From an uncultured Gammaproteobacteria bacterium (GTDB lineage: Bacteria > Patescibacteriota > Patescibacteriia > UBA11705 > DATKZF01), in NCBI GenBank assembly GCA_964411255.1, contig CAYPKD010000003.1:92439-156438 (forward strand): DNA of 64,000 nucleotides, in the 5' to 3' direction. The notes under the pieces were generated by a model, which was given only the letters and a program-made list of their open reading frames with translations, did no database searches and was not told the DNA's origin. The position numbers and the translations under genes are program-made. Below, piece after piece: positions 27,740 to 36,528 of the stretch (position 1 is the first letter of the stretch; the number at the start of each line of letters is the position of its first letter).

Positions 27740-28948
27740 CTAGTGTATACAAATCGCTATTCTGTCTGTTGATCTATTGATTAGAATATTTTCGAAAATG
27801 AATCGTGATGGGTCATTAATGTAAATGATATTATTTTGGCCATTTTTGTTTAGTGTTGTCAAGCCACATTTTTCATATTTGATTTGATCTGAAAAAGATA
27901 GTGTATGATCAATATTTGATAATTGGATAAAATTTTGATCATAAAGCCTTAAATAATATTTTTCATTTTGGTGGGAAATTGAAAGGCTACCATTTTCATT
28001 TTCTTGCCAATTATATACTGTCCTGTCAGCAATTATTTGAGTTGAGATTGAACCATCTACCAGCCGTTTTGTCTGCTTTTTGGGGTATTTGTAAGCTAAA
28101 TGATCAATTATGCTATTTTTTATTGTATTTTCTGCTGTTTTTGGCGCTAAAACCAGCCAATTATCTTCATCATTTATCAATAAATCAATACAGGTATTAG
28201 TATTTGCTAGAAAGGGAATTTTTGTGAGATTATTGTTGCTTGTTGATAAATTGTTAATATAATACTGATAATTTGAAAAATCAGGAATTTGTATATTATT
28301 TTTACAATTATTTGGGTTTTTTAGCTGTTTTGCGCTTAATTTCGTAAAATCATTTTCAATTTGTATTTTCCAAAAGGTCTCTTCATCAAGAATCAGCATA
28401 TTTTCATTAAAATATGGCAGATCAGAATAATCTTTAATATAAATGTTTGCCTTTGAAAAATCAAAGCGTTTTTTTGTTCTATATGTATGATTGTTTGATA
28501 ATGGCTGATTTTCATCAATTACTGTCTTTACTATACTCACATTTTCTGTTGATTCAATTGCATAGCTATTATATTTCAATGATTTTGAGAAAATATTAAA
28601 ATCTGTTGGTTTGAAAATAAAAATCCATTGCTTTTCCGCCTGAATAATTGCGAATTCTGAAGAATTCATCAATTTTTCCTTAAAATTATCAGGAAAATTT
28701 TTATTTTCTGATGCAGATTCAATTATTTTGTCTAGGTTAGCACTTTCTTGTTGAAAAATTTTCTTTATTTTCCAATGGCTATATACATTTACATCTTCAT
28801 TAACAAAATCATCAATTGAATCAAAATGATAATTGAATAAAAAGAGGATAAAAAGAAAAATTCCTCCTAAAATCATAAGTAAAAATATAAGCAGAGGAAT
28901 TTTTCTTCTTTGGTGAGTTGCGTTATCTTTTATATTTAGCTCGATCAT
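27740..28948 (-). CDS. Hypothetical membrane-anchored protein (Asn-rich)
   Basis: 402 aa with an N-terminal TM helix. Its start overlaps the pnp stop by 26 nt. Confidence 0.45.
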   Translation of the reverse strand: MIELNIKDNATHQRRKIPLLIFLLMILGGIFLFILFLFNYHFDSIDDFVNEDVNVYSHWKIKKIFQQESANLDKIIESASENKNFPDNFKEKLMNSSEFAIIQAEKQWIFIFKPTDFNIFSKSLKYNSYAIESTENVSIVKTVIDENQPLSNNHTYRTKKRFDFSKANIYIKDYSDLPYFNENMLILDEETFWKIQIENDFTKLSAKQLKNPNNCKNNIQIPDFSNYQYYINNLSTSNNNLTKIPFLANTNTCIDLLINDEDNWLVLAPKTAENTIKNSIIDHLAYKYPKKQTKRLVDGSISTQIIADRTVYNWQENENGSLSISHQNEKYYLRLYDQNFIQLSNIDHTLSFSDQIKYEKCGLTTLNKNGQNNIIYINDPSRFIFENILINRSTDRIAICIH

Positions 28949-31130
28949 CCTTTTTGGAATCTTTATTAATTGCTTTAATAGATAAATTCACTCTTCCCTG
29001 GTCATCAATACTGATTACTTTCACCTTTACTGGCTTACCAACGCTAAGCACGTCAGATACTTTATTTACCCGGTATGGAGCAATTTCAGATATGTGAACT
29101 AGGCCTTCTTGGTTAGGTAGAATTTCAACCATTGCTCCAAAATCAAATAGTCTAGATACTTTACCTTCAAAGATTTCACCAACTTTTGCTTCTCTGGTTA
29201 AACTTTCAACCCATTCTGTCGCTTCTTTTGCCCCAGCCTGATCGGTTGAGGTTATTAGTACTAATCCATCAGGCTCGATATCAATACTGACACCGGTTTT
29301 ATCAATAATTTCATTAATCATTTTTCCTCCAGGACCGATAACATCCCTTATTTTATCTGGATTAATATTCATTGAAATAATTCTTGGCGCATGTGGTGAA
29401 AGTTCTGACCGCGGTTCTTTTATAATATTAGTTATTGAATCAAGAATTTCCAGGCGGGCGGTTTTTGCTTGATTTAAAGTATCTTTTACAATATCCAAAC
29501 TTAACCCACTGGTTTTTGTGTCCATTTGAATACAGGTGATCCCCTCTTTCGTGCCTGTAATTTTGAAATCCATTCCACCATCACTGTCTTCTAAGTCCTG
29601 CAGATCTGTTAAAATTTTGTAATTGCCTGAATTATCTGATGCAAGGCCCATGGCAATTCCAGCTACTGGTTTTGAAATAGGAATACCCGCGTCCATCATT
29701 GCTAAAGTTGAACCGCAGGTAGCTGCCATTGAGCTTGATCCGTTTGATCCTAAAACTTCAGATACCACTCTTATTGTATATGGAAATTTTTCTTTATCTG
29801 GTAAAAGAGACTTGATTGCTTTTTCAGCAATTGAGCCATGCCCAATATCTCTTCGGCCAGGGCCTCTTAATGGACCGGTTTCACCCACTGAATATGGAGG
29901 AAAATTGTAATGATGCATGAATCTTTTTTTGCCACTCTCTTCCATTCCCTCAAGTGTTTGCTCATCACCAGGAGAACCAAGGGTGACAACGGACAATACC
30001 TGCGTTTCTCCGCGTTGAAATAGCCCGCTGCCGTGCGTTCTAGGCAATAAACCAACTTCTACATCAAGTTTCCTGATTTCATCGATTTTTCGGCCATCAA
30101 CTCTAATACCAGTCTCTATGATCGTTTTGGTTATTTCATCTTCAATAAACTTTATAAAGAATTGTTTAATTAATTTATTTCTTTTTTCTTTGCCAATTTG
30201 TTTTTCAACTAAAAATTCTTCCAGTACATCTTGCAGTTTGCTAATCATTTCTTTCCTTGCCTTTTTGCTGTCTTTTGGTACGTTAAAAACATATTCATCC
30301 AGTTTTGGACGAAGAAATTCTTTACTTTCCTCAATTAATTTCTCAAACTCTTCCTGAGTGATTTTTTCTTCTTTTGTTAATTCATCCTCTTCGCTCATTA
30401 TTCGCGTTGATTGTTTTTCTTTACCTACTTTTTCTCTGATTTGATCAAGGAATTCCAGCTGCTTTTTCGTTTGCTTAATTGCAAATTCAAATGCTTTATA
30501 TACAGTTTCTTCATCTGCTTCTTTTGCTTCAGCGTCAATCATAATCACTTTATCTTTAGTAGTTCCTACAACCAGGTCAAGTATTGATTTTTCCCGAGCT
30601 TCATGTGATCCGTTAATTACCCACTCGCCATTGATTTGGCCGATTCTTATTCCGGCAACTGGACCAGCCCAAGGAATATCTGAAATATGAAGAGCGCATG
30701 AAGCTGCTATTAATGCGATTACATCAGGATCATTCTCTCCGTCAGCTGACAGAACTGTTAAAATGACCTGTACATCATTTCTTGTTGAATGATCAAAAAG
30801 CGGCCGCAAGGCGCGATCAATCATTCGAGAATTCAAAATTGCTTCATCAGAGGGGCGGCCTTCTCTTTTTATAAATCTAGAGCCTTTAATTTTTCCTGCC
30901 GCATACAATTTTTCTTCATAGTCTACCATAAGTGGGAAAAAATCTATGCCTTCACGGGGTTCTTTTCCCATAGTGGCTGTAGCTAAAATAACAATCCCTC
31001 CATAATGCACTACACAGCTGGCATTTGCTTGATGTGCTAATTTTCCAGTCTCTACAATCAATTGTTCTCCATTTAGCTGCATTTCAAATCTTTGAACTTT
31101 GTCTTTTTGTTCTTTTTTCTTAAAAAACAT
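28923..31130 (-). CDS. pnp: Polynucleotide phosphorylase
   Basis: 735 aa with two RNase PH domains plus KH and S1 (ETGKLAHQANASCVV..., GEIFEGKVSRLFDFGAMVEI). An alternative start at MQLNG (31082) is possible. Confidence 0.9.
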   Translation of the reverse strand: MFFKKKEQKDKVQRFEMQLNGEQLIVETGKLAHQANASCVVHYGGIVILATATMGKEPREGIDFFPLMVDYEEKLYAAGKIKGSRFIKREGRPSDEAILNSRMIDRALRPLFDHSTRNDVQVILTVLSADGENDPDVIALIAASCALHISDIPWAGPVAGIRIGQINGEWVINGSHEAREKSILDLVVGTTKDKVIMIDAEAKEADEETVYKAFEFAIKQTKKQLEFLDQIREKVGKEKQSTRIMSEEDELTKEEKITQEEFEKLIEESKEFLRPKLDEYVFNVPKDSKKARKEMISKLQDVLEEFLVEKQIGKEKRNKLIKQFFIKFIEDEITKTIIETGIRVDGRKIDEIRKLDVEVGLLPRTHGSGLFQRGETQVLSVVTLGSPGDEQTLEGMEESGKKRFMHHYNFPPYSVGETGPLRGPGRRDIGHGSIAEKAIKSLLPDKEKFPYTIRVVSEVLGSNGSSSMAATCGSTLAMMDAGIPISKPVAGIAMGLASDNSGNYKILTDLQDLEDSDGGMDFKITGTKEGITCIQMDTKTSGLSLDIVKDTLNQAKTARLEILDSITNIIKEPRSELSPHAPRIISMNINPDKIRDVIGPGGKMINEIIDKTGVSIDIEPDGLVLITSTDQAGAKEATEWVESLTREAKVGEIFEGKVSRLFDFGAMVEILPNQEGLVHISEIAPYRVNKVSDVLSVGKPVKVKVISIDDQGRVNLSIKAINKDSKKDDRAKYKR

Positions 31131-31144
31131 ACATGTTTTTTTGA

Positions 31145-31204
31145 CCGTCAGACTTTAGATTTCAAGAATGTTATAATTCTTCATAAAATCTACTTGTCTG
31201 ACGG
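31145..31204 (-). promoter_or_regulatory. Long imperfect hairpin in the pnp 5' leader (candidate RNase III autoregulatory stem)
   Basis: ccgtcagac (31145-31153) pairs with gtctgacgg (31196-31204), enclosing the inner stems agattt/aaatct and caagaat/attcttc. Confidence 0.4.
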
Positions 31205-31230
31205 ACAAAGTTTATTTATAAATTTAATAA

Positions 31231-31734
31231 TTATTTTTTTAATAAATATTTTGCTTTGCTTTTACTCAAATCAATAAAATCATCAGCAATTTCTAATAAT
31301 TTTCCAGAAGCAGTTTCACCAAAAGCCATTACTTCAACTAAACAGCCTTTATTTTCTTGCAGATAAGTAACTAAAGGCTGAAAGTCACCATCACCTGTTA
31401 CTAAAACGATAACATCAAGCTTATCAGCTGATTTAACAGTATCCATTGCTATGCCTACATCCCAGTCTCCTTTTTTCATACCTCCTGGAAAAATTTGCAG
31501 ATCTTTCATTTTAACCTCAAATCCCTGTTTGGTCAAAGCATCAAAAAAGGATTGCTCTTCTTTTGTCTGAGCTTTAATTACATAAGCAATTGATCTGATT
31601 AATTTTCGTTCTGCTATGGCATTTTTTAATATTTCCTGGAAATTCACTTTTTTGCCATATAAATTCTTTGCTGAATAATACATGTTTTGTACATCAACAA
31701 AGACACCGATTCTTTGGTTTTTGTGTTTTATCAT
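31231..31734 (-). CDS. NYN-domain (LabA-like PIN-fold) putative RNase
   Basis: GVFVDVQNMYY...VLVTGDGDF motifs. Start placed at the internal ATG (MIKHK) because the track start is a TTG. Confidence 0.65.
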   Translation of the reverse strand: MIKHKNQRIGVFVDVQNMYYSAKNLYGKKVNFQEILKNAIAERKLIRSIAYVIKAQTKEEQSFFDALTKQGFEVKMKDLQIFPGGMKKGDWDVGIAMDTVKSADKLDVIVLVTGDGDFQPLVTYLQENKGCLVEVMAFGETASGKLLEIADDFIDLSKSKAKYLLKK

Positions 31735-31770
31735 ATATTTAAAAAAGGCAGCCAAAAGGATGCCTGATAG

Positions 31771-32124
31771 TTAAGAATCTTTTTTCTTTTCTTCTGCTTT
31801 TCTTTCAGTTTCCATTTCTTTTAATAATTCTTCAGGTTCTTCAGTTTTAATTTTTCTTGAAATTTTTATGTTTAATTCATTCACTACTTTTTCAAAACCT
31901 TTTGGATTATCACTTTCTAAGTAGCGTAATAATCGTCTTCTTTCTCCAAGTTTTTTTAATAAACCTCTTCTTGACGAATGATCGTGTTTATGTGTTCGTA
32001 AATGTTTGGTTAGTTCTTTGATTTCTTCAGTTAAAATAGCAATTTGTACCTCTGCTGAACCTGTATCCTTTTCATGAGTTTTAAATTTGTTAATGATTCT
32101 TTGCTTTTTTTGTTGTGATAACAT
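31771..32124 (-). CDS. rpsO: 30S ribosomal protein S15 with charged C-terminal extension
   Basis: The N-terminal 90 aa match S15 (LTEEIKELTKHLRTHKHDHSSRRGLLKKLGERRRLLRYL). An extra 27-aa KE-rich tail follows. Confidence 0.85.
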   Translation of the reverse strand: MLSQQKKQRIINKFKTHEKDTGSAEVQIAILTEEIKELTKHLRTHKHDHSSRRGLLKKLGERRRLLRYLESDNPKGFEKVVNELNIKISRKIKTEEPEELLKEMETERKAEEKKKDS

Positions 32125-32419
32125 ACTTTTTGCAAATACCAGAGTGTAGACGCTTCCTTTTTAAGACTGTCTAAAACCCAAGTACCGCACTAATAATTAA
32201 ATCTCTTAACAAAAAGTCTAGCACGATATGAAAAATAAGTCAAAGATTTGTGTTATCTTACCTTAATTGTACAGGGCCAGGTAAAATACTCTTTTCAAAA
32301 TTTATTTTGTGTCGTAAAATATAGATAGTTAAGAGTTGAAGAAGTTAGAAAAGTTAAAATAGTTAAGGATTAAAGTTTACAGCATATTACTGCTCTTACA
32401 TTATTTCCCTTATAACTTT

Positions 32420-33379
32420 ATGCCAACAAAAACAGAAATAGAAAAATTAATTCAGGATTTTTTAGAAGATCTTGAAATAGCTTATAATCGCTCTCTTCGG
32501 ACAGTGACTAATTATAATTTTTATTTATCTCGTTTTGCTGATTGGTTAAAGGAAAATAAAATTACAAAACCGCAAAATATAACCCAAAATCATATCAGGC
32601 AGTATCGGTTATGGCTTAATCGATTAAAAAGCAATAAAAAAGAAGGATTAAAGACTAATACGCAGAATTATCATTTGATTGCTGTTCGTGCCTGGCTAAA
32701 ATATTTGGCAAAAAGAGATATGAATACTTTAGCGCCGGAAAAAATTGATCTGGCAAAAGTGCCGATTCGCACTGTGGATTTTTTAGATGGCTCAGATTTA
32801 GAAAGATTGCTTGAAGCCCCTCTAAAAACAAATAATATTGGCATTATTAAAAAACGAGATAAAGCAATATTAGAAACTCTTTTTTGCACCGGTCTACGTG
32901 TTTCTGAACTGGCAAATTTAAAAGTCGATTCAATAAATTTAAAAAAGGATGAATTTACTGTCAGAGGCAAAGGTGATAAGCCAAGAATTGTGTTTTTATC
33001 AAATCAGTCAAAGTTTTGGATTGCAGAATATCTTAATATGCGAAAAGATTCAAACCCTTTTCTTTTTATTTCACATGACCGGGCATCAAAAGGAAGAAAA
33101 ACAATTGAGCAAACCGGCCTCACCCCTAGAAGCATTCAAAGATTGGTAGAAAAATATGCAAAGGCCGCAGGGATTACAAAAAAAGTAACACCTCATACGA
33201 TGAGACACAGTTATGCCACTGATCTTTTAATGAATGGAGCAGATATTAGAAGCGTACAATCAATGCTTGGTCATGCCTCAATTACTACCACGCAAATTTA
33301 TACCCATATTACAAATCAGCAGCTTCGGGATATACATAAGGCTTTTCATGGACGAAATAGAAGAAAAAAGAAATCCTAA
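32420..33379 (+). CDS. xerD: Tyrosine site-specific recombinase (XerC/XerD family)
   Basis: 319 aa with the C-terminal catalytic HTMRHSYATDLLMNGADIRSVQSMLGHASITTTQIYTHI (R..H..R..Y). Confidence 0.8.
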   Translation: MPTKTEIEKLIQDFLEDLEIAYNRSLRTVTNYNFYLSRFADWLKENKITKPQNITQNHIRQYRLWLNRLKSNKKEGLKTNTQNYHLIAVRAWLKYLAKRDMNTLAPEKIDLAKVPIRTVDFLDGSDLERLLEAPLKTNNIGIIKKRDKAILETLFCTGLRVSELANLKVDSINLKKDEFTVRGKGDKPRIVFLSNQSKFWIAEYLNMRKDSNPFLFISHDRASKGRKTIEQTGLTPRSIQRLVEKYAKAAGITKKVTPHTMRHSYATDLLMNGADIRSVQSMLGHASITTTQIYTHITNQQLRDIHKAFHGRNRRKKKS

Positions 33380-33382
33380 TTT

Positions 33383-34510
33383 ATGAAAATACTATATTTA
33401 GTCACGCAATCTAGCTGGGGTGGGGCGCAAAAATATGTTTTTGAATTAGCTCAGGCATTACAAAATGAACATGAAGTTTGCGTTGCCTGTGGAGGAACTG
33501 GAGAGTTATATCAAAAATTACGGGATTATAATATTAGAGTAATTCCACTTTCATATCTCAAGAGAGATATTTCTTTTTTTTATGAAATTAAAGGATATTT
33601 TGAACTTAAGAATTTATTGAAAAATGAAAATCCAGATATATTTCATGTTAATAGCAGCAAGGCTGGTGTATTGGGAAGTTTCGCTGCTAGAAAAATGTCT
33701 GTTAAGGTTATATACACAGTTCACGGAGCGGTTTTTACAGCAGCTTTTAGTAAAGCAAAAAAAATATTTTTTAAATGGATAGAAAAAATGACAGTCAAAT
33801 ATAAAGACATAGTTATTGCAGTTTCTGAAAAAGATCGACAGTTATGGCTGAAAAATAAAATTTGTAGTTCAGGAAAAATCATAACGGTCAGAAATGGCAT
33901 TAATCCTTCAGCTGAATCGATGTTTTTTTCCAAGGATGAAGCTAGGCAGAAACTCAACCTGGGCTTAAATGAAAAAAAAATAATTGGAATAGTGGCAAAT
34001 TTTTATCCAGAGAAAAATTATTTTTTTTTAATTAAAGCATATGCGGAATTATTAAAAGATAAACCTGGTACAAGACTTGTAATTATTGGCGATGGTACAG
34101 AAAGAAATAAAATTGAAAATGAAATTGCAGCATTACAGCTAAGAGAAAAATTTTTTTTACTTGGTTTTGTAAAAGATGCTTCTAGATACATTAAGGCGTT
34201 TGATATATTTGTTTTACCGTCAATAAAAGAAGGATTGCCATGCACGTTGCTTGAAGCGCAGCTGGCTAAAGTTCCGATTGTGGCCAGTAAAGTAGGAGGT
34301 ATACCTGAAATTATATCTGATGAAAAATCAGGCTTGTTATTTGATTCAAATGATCAGAATCAGTTTTTAGAAAAAATAAAAAGATTACTTGAAGACGATG
34401 CATTAAGTAATCTTTTAATAGAAAACGGGTATAAATCAGTTAAGGAAAAATTTAATTTCAATAAACAAATTTTAAAAACAACAAAAATTTATTCGGATTT
34501 AACGTCTTGA
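33383..34510 (+). CDS. Glycosyltransferase family 4 (GT-B, group 1)
   Basis: 375 aa with the EGLPCTLLEAQLAKVPIVASKVGGIPEII E-x7-E motif region. Confidence 0.8.
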   Translation: MKILYLVTQSSWGGAQKYVFELAQALQNEHEVCVACGGTGELYQKLRDYNIRVIPLSYLKRDISFFYEIKGYFELKNLLKNENPDIFHVNSSKAGVLGSFAARKMSVKVIYTVHGAVFTAAFSKAKKIFFKWIEKMTVKYKDIVIAVSEKDRQLWLKNKICSSGKIITVRNGINPSAESMFFSKDEARQKLNLGLNEKKIIGIVANFYPEKNYFFLIKAYAELLKDKPGTRLVIIGDGTERNKIENEIAALQLREKFFLLGFVKDASRYIKAFDIFVLPSIKEGLPCTLLEAQLAKVPIVASKVGGIPEIISDEKSGLLFDSNDQNQFLEKIKRLLEDDALSNLLIENGYKSVKEKFNFNKQILKTTKIYSDLTS

Positions 34511-36525
34511 GAGGAAAGTACTGCATCATCAGTGCTTGAAATTTGTTTTTTTGGAGCTTTTTGTGTTTTTATAAATCTTGGTAAAAGATCTTTGTCTTTT
34601 GCGATTTGCAGATATTCATCTGCTTTTTGTTTTTCTCCAATTCTTAAATAATATTCTGAAAGTTTATAATAAGGCAACGCAACCTCAGAATCGATTTTTA
34701 TTGCTTTTAAGAAAATACCAATTGTTTTTTCTATTTCCCGGCGAACGTGCATATTTTCTGCCCAGGTCCAGTAGACATCATGCCTGGTTGGAGTCAGATT
34801 TACAGCTTTTATAAAATATTTATCTGAGGTTTCAAAATCCCCGTAAACATTATAAATACTGGCAAGATTCATTTGGCTGATGTAATTATCTGGGAATAGT
34901 TCTGTATCTATTAAAAAAAGATTTTTTGCTTTTTTAAAATACTCTTCTGCTTTTTGATCCTCTTTTTGGCCTGCAGAAAATGCCTGGGAAAGATAATGAG
35001 AACTGAGTCTGGCCCGCAGATGAGGTGATGGCCATTTTTTATAAGCAGTGTTTAGAAAGTATTCAGCATTTTGAGGTTGTTTCATTGATTGAGTAAATGA
35101 ATAATTAGCTGAGATTCTAGGAAGAGTTCCCCAAATCAATATTAATAAGAAAATAATAGCTGCAGGTGAAGCGCAAATATATTGAATAATAGATGACATT
35201 TTTTTTGGCTCTTTTTTAGCCAAGTCTTCTTTAGAAATAAAATTCATTGAAACAACCTGACTAAAGACGAAAAATATTATGATATAAGAGGAAATAACCG
35301 GATACATGAAAAAATATTGCAGACCATAGCCGATCACAAAGAAAATTCCCAAAGCTCCAATCCAGTTTTTTTCCTTATCTTCTTTATCAAAAAATAATTT
35401 AAATGAAAGATAAAGTATATAAGCGAAAAAAGCCATAAAGGCAAAAAATGCAAAAATACCTTCTTCTACCAGCACATCTAAAAAGATATTATGTGCTCTA
35501 TCAATTCTCGTTTCTGGCAGGTCAGTCAGTTTTGGCGGATAATTTCTGTCAAAACCAATATTTAAATTTTCTTCACCCCAGCCAAACCATGGTTTGGCTG
35601 CAAATGCTCTCCAGGATCCCTGCCAAAAATATATTCTTTGCTTGTTTGACAAATCTTCTTTGTCAAAAATACTAAAGGCTCTTTGAATATATTTATTTTG
35701 TATTAAATCTGGCTTTGCATTGCCAATATAAATAAAACTGGTGATAAAGATTATGGATATGATTGAAAAGATAATAAGCCATTTTTTGTTTTTTGAATTT
35801 TTTAGAAAATATAAAAATAAAACAATAAGTACGCCAATAGTAAAGGCTGCCCAAGAACTTCTTGATTTTGTAAACATCAGATTTAATATTTGGCAGAAAA
35901 AGACAAAGGCGGCAAAGCCTTTGGCTGCATAACTTTTAAAATTAAAAAAACCGTAAATTGACAAAGGGATAGTAAATATCATCAATGCACCCAAATGAAT
36001 TGGATTTCCTAAAGTGCCAATCGGCCTGATATCAACATTTCCGCTCCATTTTTCACCAATATATCCATAGTGCTGTAAAAATCCAAATAAAGTGATGATA
36101 AAACTTGTAATTAATATGAGAACAAGATAAATATTTCTCTTTTTTTTATTAATAAAATTAAAAGCCAGGATTAAAAAGAAAATTATATAAAACGACCAGG
36201 TAAGAATGCCTTCAAGTTTTGAATATCCTCCCCAAAAACTTTTATGATGATTAACGCTAAAAATGAAAGATGTAATTTTAAAAATAAAAAAACCTCCCAA
36301 AATTATTAGCAGCGTTTTATACTTTTTCCAAAAGGAAATATTTTTTTTAATGTAAACCAAGATGGCAAAAATCAAAGCCAAAGAAACTAAAGAGATAAAT
36401 ATGGTGGTTTTTAGCAGTCTAAAACTGTTATAAAAATTTGCAGTAAAAATTAAAGGAACCATTACTAAAATACTGATTAAAATAATATCTAAAATAGTTT
36501 GATTTATTTTTTCAGGTTTTATCAT
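34489..36525 (-). CDS. O-antigen ligase/Wzy_C-like polytopic membrane protein with C-terminal TPR repeats (paralog 1)
   Basis: About 10 TM helices, DRAHNIFLDVLVEEG (Wzy_C hallmark), and C-terminal TPR-like repeats (YYKLSEYYLRIGEKQKADEYLQIA). Confidence 0.6.
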   Translation of the reverse strand: MIKPEKINQTILDIILISILVMVPLIFTANFYNSFRLLKTTIFISLVSLALIFAILVYIKKNISFWKKYKTLLIILGGFFIFKITSFIFSVNHHKSFWGGYSKLEGILTWSFYIIFFLILAFNFINKKKRNIYLVLILITSFIITLFGFLQHYGYIGEKWSGNVDIRPIGTLGNPIHLGALMIFTIPLSIYGFFNFKSYAAKGFAAFVFFCQILNLMFTKSRSSWAAFTIGVLIVLFLYFLKNSKNKKWLIIFSIISIIFITSFIYIGNAKPDLIQNKYIQRAFSIFDKEDLSNKQRIYFWQGSWRAFAAKPWFGWGEENLNIGFDRNYPPKLTDLPETRIDRAHNIFLDVLVEEGIFAFFAFMAFFAYILYLSFKLFFDKEDKEKNWIGALGIFFVIGYGLQYFFMYPVISSYIIIFFVFSQVVSMNFISKEDLAKKEPKKMSSIIQYICASPAAIIFLLILIWGTLPRISANYSFTQSMKQPQNAEYFLNTAYKKWPSPHLRARLSSHYLSQAFSAGQKEDQKAEEYFKKAKNLFLIDTELFPDNYISQMNLASIYNVYGDFETSDKYFIKAVNLTPTRHDVYWTWAENMHVRREIEKTIGIFLKAIKIDSEVALPYYKLSEYYLRIGEKQKADEYLQIAKDKDLLPRFIKTQKAPKKQISSTDDAVLSSQDVKSE

Positions 36526-36528
36526 AAA

